A stretch of 63,927 nt of DNA, filler included, from Choristocarpus tenellus KU-1152 (Eukaryota; Protista; Phaeophyceae), in the NCBI GenBank assembly GCA_964200185.2. It is 10 parts of 10 records of this genome, joined end to end, with 100 filler letters (N's around TTAATTAATTAA, not from the genome) between each part and the next. Parts side by side here need not be neighbours in the genome. Positions count along the whole stretch, not along the records: positions 49,646 to 57,162 come from CAXNAD020006036.1; positions 57,263 to 60,575 come from CAXNAD020020876.1; positions 60,676 to 63,927 come from CAXNAD020021253.1; 7 more parts are not named here. One strand, written 5' to 3'. The translations under genes and the position numbers were made by a program. The notes below the pieces were generated by a model. The model was given only the letters and a program-made list of their open reading frames with translations, ran no database searches and was not told the origin of the DNA. Of this stretch, positions 50,925 to 63,640 are shown in pieces (position 1 is the first letter of the stretch; each line of letters opens with the position of its first letter).

Positions 50925-52209
50925 TGGTAGTAGTGTAGCAGAATGTAGTGGTTGTGTTTGTATCCAATTGCTGGGGTGCTGTGTGTAAGAGGCAGCCTAC
51001 ACCTACTTCGAGACGGGGATATGATACCTTGTTTTATTATCTTGACCTTTCTTGTTTAGAAGAACTTATTGCCAAGACGCGACCTCGTGAACAGGTAAGT
51101 GTATGTCTCTGGGGTTGTAGATTGTGGGTAGTCTTGTCGGCTGCAAACCTCTTGGATCGAAGGGGGTTGCATGCTGCTGGAGGTTGCATGAATCGATTGG
51201 CATCTGTTGGTGTTTTTGTTGCATGTTTTGCCTCTCCAGGCGTGTCACGTTGTGCAGGTTGAGGATTATTGTCTATTCTACACCCCTCTGCATTCACAGA
51301 AGAGCATCATCACTTTTTCCTGATGAGCGAAGTGGGTAAATGTTCCGGGTAAGATGGGCACATCTACCCTAAGGTGGTTTCACCCCTTCATCTCAGTTTC
51401 TCGCTCTTGTGCTTGATCGTGCCTTGTGTCAACCCGCCTTCCGTTGTACCATTTAGAAGCACAGAAGAACTATTGAGCTTCAAAAAAGTTCAAAGACCAA
51501 AGATATGCTACAATTTGCTTCTATGACAGTGAGTCAGATTGTTACGGAAAAATCAGTGAGGGAAATATTGGAAGTTTGGTTATCACCGGGGAACACTACA
51601 TATTGAATTTCGATGTAATTTGAAATACTGATGCGACCAGGGTGTCCCAATCTGCAGCCATACTACTACCGCAACATCAACAACTGCCATTCACCATAGA
51701 CTTCAACCAGTTGTCAAATTCTCATGCATCCACTACCGAAAAAAGAAAAAAGAAAAAAAGTGTTATCCTCGTCTTTCAAAAACTGAAAAGCAGTGAGTTA
51801 TTTTTTCTGTGTAGAGATATGGTTCATCTGTCGGTTAGCAGTTTCCCCACAGATATAGTTTGTTAGCATTGATAGCAGCAGTTCATTTGCTCAAAGATGT
51901 TGACACACGAGGACTTTGTCCAAAAACATTGAAACATTACTTCACTTTATCAATTACATAACAGTTATCTAGGTGCACTATTGTGCAGCTACAGGTTTAG
52001 TCATCAGTCCAATTTGCACAAAGATATTGATGCACGAGGGCTGACCAAGTCACTACCACCTATCGCCTCTTTAGCAGTTACAGAACAGTTGATACGTTTT
52101 TTGTACCAACAGGTTCTGTCACTAGTCCAATTTGCACAATGATATCGATACATGAGGACTTGCCCAAAAACACTAGGACGTAGTTTCACCTTGGCAGTGA
52201 CATAATGAT

Positions 52210-52467
52210 GAGCCAAAGTTTCTTGGAGGGTAGAGCCCCGTCCATTTGGGGATCAAAATCCAATACTGCGATTTCGATGCAAATTTGACTATCGTGTTTG
52301 TTACGAAGTGTCAATATCCTTGTTCCGGAGACACTTCTCATAACGTACACATTTTGACCTACTCCGAGATATTTTGGAGTAGGAAAGTGTCATAGAAACC
52401 CCCAGAGAAACCAAGCCCCAAATGGACAAACAGGGCAAAACTCGTACCCTCTAAGATACCTTCACTC
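52210..52467 (+). mobile_element. MITE family A
   Basis: GAGCCAAAGTTTCTTGGAGGGTAG...TACCCTCTAAGATACCTTCACTC; TSD TGAT/TGAT. Confidence 0.9.
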
Positions 52468-53309
52468 TGATATACTTTTATGCACCCACAGGTTCAGTAA
52501 CAAGTAAATTTCCACGAAGGTATTGAGACAGGAGGACTTAGAGGAAAGCATTGACATGTAGCTTCTCTTTGGCGGTTACAGAACGGTAAAAATATGGTTG
52601 AGTACATTTTCCCACCAACTAGACGTGCCACCAGTCCAGTTTCCACCAGTTACCTACGCTGGAAGACTTGCGCTAAACCATTCGTTACGTGCATCTTGTC
52701 TTTGGCAGTTACGTAACAGTGAGATACATTTTGTGCACCTACAGGTCGTGTCGCCAGTCCAATTTACTCAAAGATATGAATACATGAGGATTTCATAGAT
52801 ACGTACCTCGTCTCTGGCTGTTACAAAACATGCACAAAGCAATCAGGTACATTTTTCAGTACCTAACAAGTCGTATCACCCGTCCAGTTTGTACAAAGGT
52901 ATGGATACACAATCACCTAAGTAGAACATTGGGGATTTGGATGTAGCTCCTCTGTAGCAGTTACGAAACTGCTACAAAACATCTTGAACAGTTTTTTAGC
53001 ATGTACAGATCATGTCACCAGTCTAATTTGCATAAAAAGATATCGCCACAAGAGGACTCTCGAAAAAATCTTTGGTATGAATCCCGTCTTTGGCAGTTAC
53101 TGAACTGCAACAAAAGAGTTGGGTACAATTTTAAGACACCTACAGGTCATGTCGTCAGTTCAATTTGAAGACATCGGTATGTAGCACCTCTTTTGCAGTT
53201 ACAATGCAAAACAATTTGAAAACATTTTACGTTACCTACAACAGGTCGCGTCACAAGTCAAATTCGCACTACTATGTTGGTATGCAATGTCTTGACCAAT
53301 ACACCATCT

Positions 53310-53576
53310 GAGTCTAAGTATTTTAGAGGGCAGAGCCGCGTCCGCTTGGGGGTCATAATCCAAAGTTACGATTTTGATGTAATTTTGTCTATCGTGTTTG
53401 TTAGGAAGTGTCAATATACTTTTTCCGGACATACACATGATACCTATTCCAAAACGTATACATTGTAATTCTCCGAAACATTTCGGAGTAGGAAAATGCC
53501 ATAAAAAAACGGTGGGAAGCCAAGCCCCAAACGGACAAACAGGGAAAAACTCGCACCCTCTAAGATACTTTAACTC
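53310..53576 (+). mobile_element. MITE family A
   Basis: GAGTCTAAGTATTTTAGAGGG...CCCTCTAAGATACTTTAACTC; flanks TCT/TCT. Confidence 0.9.
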
Positions 53577-55178
53577 TCTCCTCTTCGACAGGTACGACAC
53601 AGGTAGACTGAACGTACATCTTCTTAGCATCCATTGTATCACCTGTCCAATTTGCACAAATATGTATATCGATACACAAGGATTTGCGTTAAATCATTGG
53701 TACATGGCTCCCCTAATTTCTTTTAAAAACAAATACTAAAAGGTTGGATACATCTCTTGTCTTCTAACATCAGTTCAATTTGCTCTGAGATATCGATACA
53801 TGAAGGCTTACAAGTCAACGTATGTGGGGGGTGGGTGCCGGCGTCCGTTTTTCACCCTTTTTTCGATTTTCACTTTTTGGTATGATTTGGTCGCACGTGT
53901 CGGATTTGAAATGTTCGCAAAAAAAAGAAGACTATTGGTTAGGTTCCTCTCTGTCCTTGCGTACGCAAGAGGAATGGGAATATATGCCACCATTTATTTG
54001 GGTTTGGTTAGGAGTTTCGACGTTTGCATGTGTCAGATTTCGAGTCTGTTCAAACTGGATTATTGGTTTATGTATATGTTGGTCGTGTAGTTACGATGAA
54101 GAATAAGATATATGGGTTAGATTGTTCCAGGGCTGGATATTGGTTTGTTTGGTTGCATGAGTGGGATTTGGTTATCACATAAAGAGGGCTGTTGGTTAGG
54201 GTGTGTTTTCCCACTCTTAGGATGAGGAATTAAAAAAAAGACTATGGGCTGTTGCGAGGTTGGTTTTTTCGTTTATTTGCTTGCATGAGTCGTGTCTGGT
54301 ATGTACACAAAGAGGACTGTCAGTTAGGGTCTGTTCTCCCGGTGTATACATGAGGAACCAAAACATATATCATGTACTGTTTTAAATGTAATATACCGTT
54401 TATTTGCGTGCATGTGTTGGATTTAGTATGTAAACAGACGTGGTTTTCGCTGAGGGTGTTAGGGTTGAATTTGTTGGTATGAAGGAAGGGAAAAGGGTCA
54501 GGTTTTGTTTTCGGGTTAGTGTACTGTATCTTTCATGTAATGTGTGGACGGATTCTGGAGGTGTATATGAATGGTTGTTGGTCAAGGTCTATGGTCGTAC
54601 GTTTCTCTGAAAGTATTTCAAGATACACTTCCAGAGGTCCTGGTTTGGTGCTGTGCTTAGGAGCATCGTACATGGACTTCGGTATATAATCCTCCAAGAT
54701 TCGATGGAGAACTAGATCGGTTCTAGTTTGTTGACACTTGGACAAAGCATGAGATGGTGCATAGAGTATTGAGAAGAAGGGGGGAGGTGAGTTATAGTGT
54801 TCAAGGAATAAATAGTATACCCATCGCAGGCCCTGGCGAGTTGTTTAGAGAGGTTGGCTGAGAAGATGGAGAAGAGTTGTTTAATTGATGTATTATATTT
54901 TAGCTGTCTAAACCTTGTAGTAGACACGCTCTCTTAGACAAAAAATAACACAGGTCTAATCCTCAACGTGAGCATGATATATGATACGCTGACGACTCTG
55001 ACTGGTAGCAATGTAGCAATGTAACAATGAATCTAATACCACTGTCGACATGTATAACTCATCGAATGGAAAGTGCATGAACATGGTAGTCGGACACCAA
55101 GGTAAGGTACACTGATGCATCATAAATCAGTGCACCTGTAACTCTATCCGTACTTCAACCAAAAACTGAAAAGACTAA

Positions 55179-55357
55179 GACCCAAAGTATCTGGGGGGGG
55201 GGGGGGATCTACCCCAGAGTGTCTTTTTGGACCAAAACAAGGAAAAGTGCACTTTCATTATCCATCGAACGTAAGGAACCAAATCACCCAATTATCGAGA
55301 CATGAAAAAATTGCCCCCAAATGGACAGCCGCCACCCCCTCCCAGATACTTTGAGCC
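55179..55357 (+). mobile_element. MITE family B
   Basis: GACCCAAAGTATCTGGGG...CCCAGATACTTTGAGCC; flanks CTAA/CTAT. Confidence 0.85.
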
Positions 55358-55365
55358 CTATAGCC

Positions 55366-56839
55366 CTATTTCAATTGGTGAGCGGGCTCGAAATTGCATT
55401 CGTCACCCTTCTCCCACCACTCTGCAAGCTTAGGGTATGCCTCGACAAGAAGGTGCCATAGATTTAGGCGTGTGGAGTACCTGGCGTTCCAAGGTTCGGG
55501 CTTCATGAGGCTAAAGAAGATAGCCTTCCCCGCCTGGAGTGCTTCCATGTGCTTGGGACGCATCGTGTTGCCTGGCTTCCCTCCACAATCGCCGAGTTTA
55601 ACCTGCGTGGGCTCGTGGACGTAGCATTCATCCCCGAAAACAAGAGAAACGGCCCCTTTACCACCAGCCTTGATGATCCTAAACCCATGGTCGTATATGA
55701 CTTGGGTGAGGATTTGAGTCTGCATTCGATACTGTGAAGAAGCAGGTTTCAATGCTGATTGTAGGAGCTCGGTAACGCACGCCTCCATGAAGGCTTCAGT
55801 AATCCCCACATCGGATGCATCGCCAGAGCCGGTCGCGTCCTGTGTGATGCAATCGTCATCACCATGCGATGACCTTGCATCGTCATCATCATACCTTGAA
55901 GTAGATGAACACAGATTTACCGCATATCTGCCCATTTTGGCAGAAGCGAAGACGTCTGCGAAGAAGCCAGGTTCTAAAGCGCTGCCATCAGGACCACGAG
56001 GCTGTTTGAAGAGTCTCATCCGTCCAGCACCTTCTCTCACCCGCTTCTTCCTAATTAGTGTCCTCTTCCCCTTTCCTTTACCCTTCTCAGAAGGCTTGTC
56101 CCTCAGGGTTGGGGTACGATCGGCATAGACGCGGTTCTCACTTCGCCTTACAGTATGGTCGTAGGTGTTCCCTGGTACTTGTGACTCGTTGCCGCTACTG
56201 CCCACCGAATGGGCGTTTGGGGACATTCCGGGGTCACTCCCGACAGGTGTGGACTCTGCGTCCGTGCCTGAACGCCCACCCACGTCCTCCTGTACAAATT
56301 CCTCTAGACCTGACAAAGCGTCACAATCAGGTCGGTCCCCATCGCCTTCAGAGTCATGTTCCGAGGGTGTGATTGTATGTCTTCTTCCCCCTTGTAGAGT
56401 CCAGCTTCCCTTACCTACTGCAGGGCTAGGCGATGGGTTATCTTGTTCCTCTTCATCACCCGGTGTGTTGGGTCTTCCATAAAGGTATAGGCGTGGATAC
56501 GCCACCAGCTACCGGTGTCTTCACCAGTGCAAAATTGAGGAAGGTGGCGAGTTCTTCCATGAGGAGTTGGATACGATCCGGATCGAGAGTTGTCCCGCGG
56601 GCGGTGCATGTGATTACGATGCCTCCTGGTCGGGTCTGGAGAAAGGCGACTTCTCTCTCGTAGGTGGCGCTCGTTTCGGACTTGAACTTGTCAAGGTCGT
56701 GCTTGGACGTGGCGTTTTTCTCTGGCGTGATCACAATGTTTGTGACTCGTGTTATCTCTGTGGTGGTGGAGGAGTAGGCAAAGGATATGGCGAAGTAGGA
56801 GGCAAGACAACGGGAAGAGGTGTTAGCGTTAGGAGACAA
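55366..56839 (-). pseudogene. Intronless coding-like region of unknown function (overlapping 127-aa and 379-aa ORFs, probably one frameshifted gene), possibly TE-derived
   Basis: GC-richer than its flanks, with one of the longest open frames in the window. An acidic/disordered region and a basic patch (KGKGKGKRTLIRKKR) precede a globular-looking C-terminus. No family recognised. Confidence 0.5.
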
Positions 56840-57018
56840 GGGATGAGGTTGAGGTTGGTGAGAAGGAGTAAGCGAGGCAGGGTACAGAGGAGGACGCAGG
56901 GGCTGAGGAGAAGATGGATGGATTAGAGTATGTACAGCTCGTTCAACTTGGGCGGATTATTCGAGCCCATAAATCAGGAAGACAAGTAGTGCTTATAACA
57001 TAGGGTGAAGAGGATGCT

Positions 57019-57162
57019 GGTTCAAAGTATCTGGGGAGGGGGATGGCGGCTGTCCATTTGGGGGCAATTTTTTCATGTCGCGATTATTGGGTGATTTGGT
57101 TCCATACGTTAGAGATGGATAATGAATGTGCACTTTACCTGGACACTCTGGTGTAGACCCCC
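57019..57162 (-). mobile_element. MITE family B, cut by the contig end
   Basis: GGTTCAAAGTATCTGGGG...GTGTAGACCCCC; reverse complement of the 55179 copy. Confidence 0.85.
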
Positions 57163-57262
57163 NNNNNNNNNNNNNNNNNNNNNNNNNNNNNNNNNNNNNN
57201 NNNNNNTTAATTAATTAANNNNNNNNNNNNNNNNNNNNNNNNNNNNNNNNNNNNNNNNNNNN
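57163..57262. other. Artificial contig linker
   Basis: 44 N + TTAATTAATTAA + 44 N. Confidence 0.98.
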
Positions 57263-57950
57263 CCGACCGACCCCCTCTCCCTCTCTTCTAAGGCTCTCCA
57301 TCAACAGCTCCCTAGGGTCATCAACTACTGCTGACCATCTAAATATATTATTTATTGGCATGCTCCCTCACATTCCAATCTGTTGCTCGTTCACATCACA
57401 CACAAAATCCTCGGTCTTACACACTCTGGACCTATTTTCCCTCACATATTGGACAGACACAATCGCTGCCGTCCTATCCTTGCACAGCAATGTACTCTTT
57501 GAAAACCATCAGCAACCCACATTCCCATAAAAAAACAAACTGCCAACAACCACACACAAACTTTCCCCCCTCTCCCTAACCCTAAGCTCATCCCTAAAAT
57601 CCTAGATCGATGCCAAAAACAAACAAACAAGATCGAAGGGGGGCAAAGGGTAAGCCAGAGGGTTGATGGATGCATCCCATTTTGCTCAAACTGGCATACA
57701 CGATCGATTCAACTTGTTGAAACACTACTTCTGATAAAAATAAAATTATACCTCTACTATATAGAAACCTATGTATGCATGTGTCCTCCTAAATCTTGGC
57801 ACAACTTTCCCTAACCCTAAACATTTCGCCCTCCTCTCCTGTGCGCGCGCGTGCACGCAAAAAAAAAGATTGAGCCACAGACGGGTTCACACGTCCATCG
57901 CTGACCATCTCGCCCTCATCTCAAAGGAGGAAATTTGGACCTCCTACCAG

Positions 57951-59278
57951 ATGCCGGCTGAGACCTCAGGAGGCACAGTCGCAGGCATAGGAAGAAACCC
58001 TTCACCATGGCACGCCCCTCTGCAGTTCGATCTTGACACGAAGACCTTCACTCTGGCCGGGAATGATGATGGGGGCATCAGGAGTGGCGGCAGCTGCTGT
58101 GGCGCAGGTAGCAGCTTTGAAGGAGGCATATACAAGGTCCGTGGTGGAGGAGCTGGAGGGGGGAGAGTAGGTGATCTGGGTGGGATGAAGGGGGAACATG
58201 TCAAGGCAGAGCAGTCTGAGGTTGTCCTGGTGCTACTGGATGAAGAAAACGGTCAGTGCCATCCACGCAGAGTGTCGAAATACCTTCCAGCAATCAGAAT
58301 TTTTGAAGTTGTGCCCTGTTGCACTGCCCTGGATACTCTACTATTCGTCAGTTACATCCTGTCAGTTCTGTGCCGGCCAGAGGCAACTAGGAAAATAAAA
58401 ATAAATATTCCTACAGTTCTCTCCTCTTCTCTTCTCTTTGCTGAGTTGGCTATCATATACTAGTATCACTAAAGAATGAGTTGATTATTGTTCGGAGAGA
58501 GGACCCTCTTTTCCCAGGCATTGTCACCAGCTCTACGGCTTCAGTAGCCCTGACCCTCTCCTTACGCCATCGCTCGCAACAAAACACCCAGAAAAGGTGG
58601 TGTACCTGATCAAGATTGAGTAGTTCTTGCTGATCCTTTCACACCAACCTTGACATGAACTCCTTGCACATTACTGAGCCCTTCTAGGACATACCTCCAA
58701 GGCCCTAACACCCGCACTGCCCAAAGCTCTGCCAGTGCCTTAACTTGCCTCTATTCCTTGAGATGTTGGCACAGCTGCACTCTACCAGCAATAAAATGTA
58801 TGCTTCTGCCTACTACCTTGCTGTGTAGGTCAGGAGTGGCGTTTAGCAGCATGTGGAAAGTACCATTGTTGCGCATTGTGCCGTGTCGAATTTGTAGGCG
58901 GAACTGAGATATCACGGCACCCCTTGTCCTCCAACTATATTGATGACCCGTGATCAATCCTCTACCATACAACTTCGAAGCATTACCCTCAGTGCTGTGC
59001 TGGATAGTTAAGCTCCTTCAGTGCAACAACACGCCTTCCCCTATCCTGTTCACACATTGAATATGTCCATCCTCACATTTCATCGCAAACGACACGCATA
59101 CGCACAAGCTCCTACACGCACACAAGCTCTTTTATGCTCCCAGACCCTTACACCCACACAAACTCTTACACTTACAGATGTGGTCGTCGAGGGGTGGGAG
59201 ATCGAATCAGGACAAGTTGAAAAGAAACACCCAAGATACCATCTGCACAAGATTGATTATGACACCACTGTGGCTGCG
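57951..59278 (+). CDS. Two exons (57951-58251, 59178-59278) of an unidentified protein
   Basis: Good splice sites (CCAG|, |GTCAGT, ACAG|, |GTAAGT) and a phase-1 join giving ...EVVLVLLDEEND|VVVEGWEIESGQVEKKHPRYHLHKIDYDTTVAA. Confidence 0.55.
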
Positions 59279-60575
59279 GTAAGTATGAGGACCTGAAAGA
59301 GAGTGGCCCTTTTTTGTGTCCCTTGACCATGGTAAGGGACGTTCATTGTGATTTTGTGGCTCCCCCTCCCTTTTTCTTTATCTCAACGTACGAAGGAGGT
59401 GTGCGGGGTGGGTGGTTGTGTGCATATGAATGTGTGTGTGTGTGCCTAGCAACCAAGTGTATCCCTTCTTCTTCTGTGTGTCTTGGATACAACAGTTATC
59501 CCTGCAGTAGCCGTGGTACATCCCACTCAGCAGGAGGCACAGGGCATGACGGAAGAGTGAGCTGTGTTGCACGACGGCACTCTCCTCTTCTTGTGGCACA
59601 CTATTGAGATGGGTCTTCCCCAAGAACAAAATTGTAACCATCTCATTTCCACCCCTATTCCCTCCCTTGACTTCGACCTATTCCAACACCTTACTTGATC
59701 TGTTCTGAAGTTTTTTTCTTGCCATGTTCAGCCACTTACCCTCGTAACCCCCCCCCCCCCCCCCCTGTATCTCTGTATCTTTGGCAATGAACACAACGCC
59801 CTCGATCACAGCAAGGATCAGCGCACTTGTCAATGTTTTGAATTGGAGCTTTTCACAGGCAGGCTGCCAACTATTCCGGAAATCTCCTTTATTTTGCCAG
59901 TGTTGGAAATTGGCATTTAGTTGGCAGAGCAGTATGATGGTACTCTGTAATTTTCTCGAACAGTACAAGTATTATTCACTTGCACTATTGTTACAATAGT
60001 ACTACGAATAATACTACTAACCCTACTACTACTACTGATAACAATACTAATAGTAACAATACTAATGATAGTAGGTGCACATAATCAATAATTGCTCTCT
60101 TTATCAACATCAACCAATTAATTCAAAACACTCTGTAAAAGGAAAAAATGCATACGATCGGCAATATTAGAGTGTACGGTGCTCCTATTACGATGGGGGG
60201 GGAATTTAGCATCTTAAAGAAGAAAATAGTAACTTTTTGGGGGGGGGAGGGGGGGATGTACTACGGCAGCAGTGTATTCTGGTATTAGTTCAAGTGTCAG
60301 TGTCGGTGTTAGGGTTAGGTTTTCAGCTCGGGTTCGGATTTGTATTCAGGTTCTGGTCCCAGTCCCAGTTCTGGTTCTGGTTCGAGATCGGGTTCAGGTA
60401 GGACTATATGCTCTTTGGAGTAGTACAGATTAGTTCCAGTCACAGTATTATGGTGGTAGGCACAACAACAGTTTTTGTAATGTTGATAATGAGAGATAAA
60501 GAGCAGAATGTGGGGGGGTAGGGGCGGGTAGGGGGATGCAATCGATTGGGTAGAAAAGGTCTGGAGTCTTATGCA

Positions 60576-60675
60576 NNNNNNNNNNNNNNNNNNNNNNNNN
60601 NNNNNNNNNNNNNNNNNNNTTAATTAATTAANNNNNNNNNNNNNNNNNNNNNNNNNNNNNNNNNNNNNNNNNNNN
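60576..60675. other. Artificial contig linker
   Basis: 44 N + TTAATTAATTAA + 44 N. Confidence 0.98.
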
Positions 60676-62429
60676 CTTTTTTTTTTTTTTTTCATGGGTG
60701 AACAAAATCGGGGTACCTACTGTACCCACTACTACTATGTACCAAGTTGAAATCCCTCCTCCTCCTCCAACGTCGAAAAAAATTGTAATAGAAAAATAAT
60801 ACTTGTAAATATGTGTTCGAATGAAAGTAAAAGAGGTAGGTACAGTTGCATTTTAAGAACACGTGTAAACATCGGCATTTGTTTAGAAACGAATGTAGGA
60901 TATTTTCCGAGCTGTGTCAAAACCTTTCAAACAATAAAGAAATGAATCCTCTTAAAGTCCAAGTCAACATTTCATGGATAATAATATGGATGAATTGCAA
61001 TAGAGTGAAAAAACCCAACTGATAATGCAAAACGTAAAAAAAATGATACCTCTAGACTTTTAATCCCTTTTGAGTTTGAAGTATATAGTGAACAAAAGGT
61101 CATAAATTTACTGTTTTGCCTCGCTCACAAATTCTCGACGAATACATCAGCCTCGTCTTAGCCTTCCCTTCATACACTCCTTCTCAATGTAAAACCATTT
61201 ATTCCCTCCCTCCATATACCATCCTTGTCACCCCACGCACTACGTTGCCAATTCCACATCTCTAGTTACCAACCACAGCGCCCAATTCTGCGAATTCATT
61301 CCATCTTCCTCCTCAATACTCTCCACCACACCACTTTACACCACACCATTCCTTAACATACTACAACACTCCACATTCATCCAAGAACACTCCCCAATAA
61401 TCAAATTCAATAAGGTATCTTTGAACATAGAACACATCTACCCCACCCGAACTTGACCTCCCCCTCACCCCCAACATTCCTCTTAATTGCGAGCAATCAA
61501 GAGGGTAATTGTGTGGGAAAGATTGCTCGGAGGTTGTCTTGATCTTGCCACTCCTTGTCCTTCCGCTCCGCCCTTGACTTCTACCTTTTATTATGCTAGT
61601 CCTTCCTGCCTAGATTCTCCACCTGCTCCCCTTTGAACTTCTCAATTATATTATCTACTTCCCAGCCATCATCCCGTCTTTTAACGGTTTTGTCTCTATC
61701 TTCCTATTATTTTATTCCATTCTTGGAGGCTCAGCCTATTACTACACGTACTTCCCATTTTCGAATTCTCACGCTCACAAAACTCGCATTACTTCATAAA
61801 CTTCCCCATCTTATACAAATATACGCTACTATGCATGCTTGGAAGTAACAACGATACCAAGAAGATGTATGTAGTACTATTGAAAACAGGATGATACTAT
61901 GTATGTTATGGTGAAGAACTGCCTGAATGGGCAAAGTACACCGACCTTTAAAAGATAGGAACTCAGACTGATTTTAAATGTTTGCTCACTATTGTACGGC
62001 AACGCACTCACTGGGACACCCAAAAAGTCAGGCGCCCCAGGACACATCATATAGTAGAAACATGAAGTTCCGAGTAGGTAGTAGTTTTCATAATGTCGTT
62101 ACTACTATCAATAGTACTACTTCGAAGTGTATTGGAGTATACCTTCCCCCCTTTATGAATAACTGCCGATTCCTCTCAACTGAACACCCACGGGCACGCA
62201 AGCAGCAGCAGCAATACTTAATTCGACAGCAAGCAACACGTAATTAGTGTCGTCTTTTTATGCTGTAGTATTATTGGAGCAGAAGAGTTGCTTTAAATAT
62301 TTTCATCATCACTTACCATCCACCAGAAACGGCATAGCAGTAGCCAGAGGATAGTTATCATTGGCGACTGAATGTTGTATTGATTAACTTTGAAGTGATC
62401 ATCAATTGATGATATTGCACGGTATAAAG

Positions 62430-62692
62430 GAGTGAAGGTATCTTAGAGAGCACGAATTTTTCCCTGTTTGTCCATTTTGGGGCTTGGCTTTAAGCGTTTT
62501 TTTAAATGACATTTTCCTACTCCGAATTATTTCATATTATTAGGAAAAATGTATACCTTGTGAAAAGGTGTGTGCGAAACAAGGATATTGTCACTTCCTA
62601 ACAAAAACGATCGCCAAAATTACATCAAAATCGCAACATTGGATTTTGGCTCCCAAACGGACGAGACTCTACCCTCTAAGATACTTTGACTC
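62430..62692 (-). mobile_element. MITE family A
   Basis: GAGTGAAGGTATCTTAGAGAG...TACCCTCTAAGATACTTTGACTC; flanks AAG/AAG. Confidence 0.9.
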
Positions 62693-63069
62693 AAGAGTAC
62701 TTGTAGAAGCAAGGAACTCAGATCAGAACCCAGACTAGGGGCCCAGGGAAACCTGCACAAGTAGAGTGAGTGAGACAAATGCAAACACGCACGCCCTTTT
62801 GTTTTTTTTATACATGTTAAGAAAATATTGTCAGTAGTACTTGTACTTGTAATCGATAGAGTACAAGTACGTTTTTTAAAGACATGCTTAAATTAGGCAT
62901 GCCATTTTGACTTAGCTCCAAAAATGTCTTGCTCAGTTTGTTGTAAGATATATTTTGGGTAATATTGGGCAGACATGTCTTAACATGGAAAGACTTGTCA
63001 CACCAGAAAGGTAAGAACCCAATTTCTGGGAATATCATTCCTGTGCACATTCTGCACATATTTTGGTCA

Positions 63070-63640
63070 TGCATGCCCTGTGCAGTGAAAGACCGCTGTC
63101 TTATTCCTCTTACTCCCACCACCACAACGGGACCAACACACCTCGTTGGCCATAAACGGAGGTGTGGACACCACCTCAATGGAATTCATGGCACCGTGGA
63201 TCCGGATGGGGACGATGGGATGAAGAGACTGTGCTTTGATTGCAACAGCCCTGGGGAGGAGAAAAATTATGAGGGAACTAGTGATGCTGAATCACCTCCT
63301 CCGACTGGAAACAGTCTTGTTGTCATCGATAAGTAACAGCTGTCTGCTTCAGGGTCAGATTTTGGGGAAAGTACCACTAACAAGGTTGGGGGCTGTTCTT
63401 TGTCCAGTACAGCAAAGTTCAAGGGGAAGCAAGAGGACCTATCAGGTAGCGCTGATAAATAGAGATGATAATATTTGGGCCAGAGGGGTGAAGCGCTGGA
63501 CTTGCTCAACTGGACATAGGACAAACCAAGTCAAGCAGAGTGGAGCGATACTGTGTTGTTGCGAGGACCATCGCATGGAATTCGAGCAAGCAAGAAAGTG
63601 CTTCAATAGCAAGTTTTGGGGTGATGAGACGGCACCCAGA
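63070..63640 (+). mobile_element. Possible pogo/CENP-B-like transposase N-terminal remnant (Cys/His finger plus a decayed HTH-like segment)
   Basis: CAVKDRC...HKRRCGHHLNGIHGTVDPDGDDGMKRLCFDC resembles a zinc finger; it is followed by stops and frameshifts, and no DDE core was seen. Confidence 0.35.

Larger units (their letters stand above)
51880..53810. repeat. Degenerate tandem array, unit about 120-130 bp, interrupted by two MITEs
   Basis: The core ACAGGTC..GTCACCAGTCCAATTTGCACAAAGATATCGATACATGAGGA recurs near 51990, 52110, 52740, 52866, 53006, 53142, 53240, 53635 and 53770. Confidence 0.7.

Noticed and set aside
60305-60400. Telomere (TTAGGGTTAGG)
   Set aside because: Only about two units inside a degenerate hexamer run, internal to a contig.
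6118-62692. MITEs acting as introners
   Set aside because: Their ends are not GT...AG, and the copies sit inside larger introns or intergenic DNA rather than defining intron boundaries.
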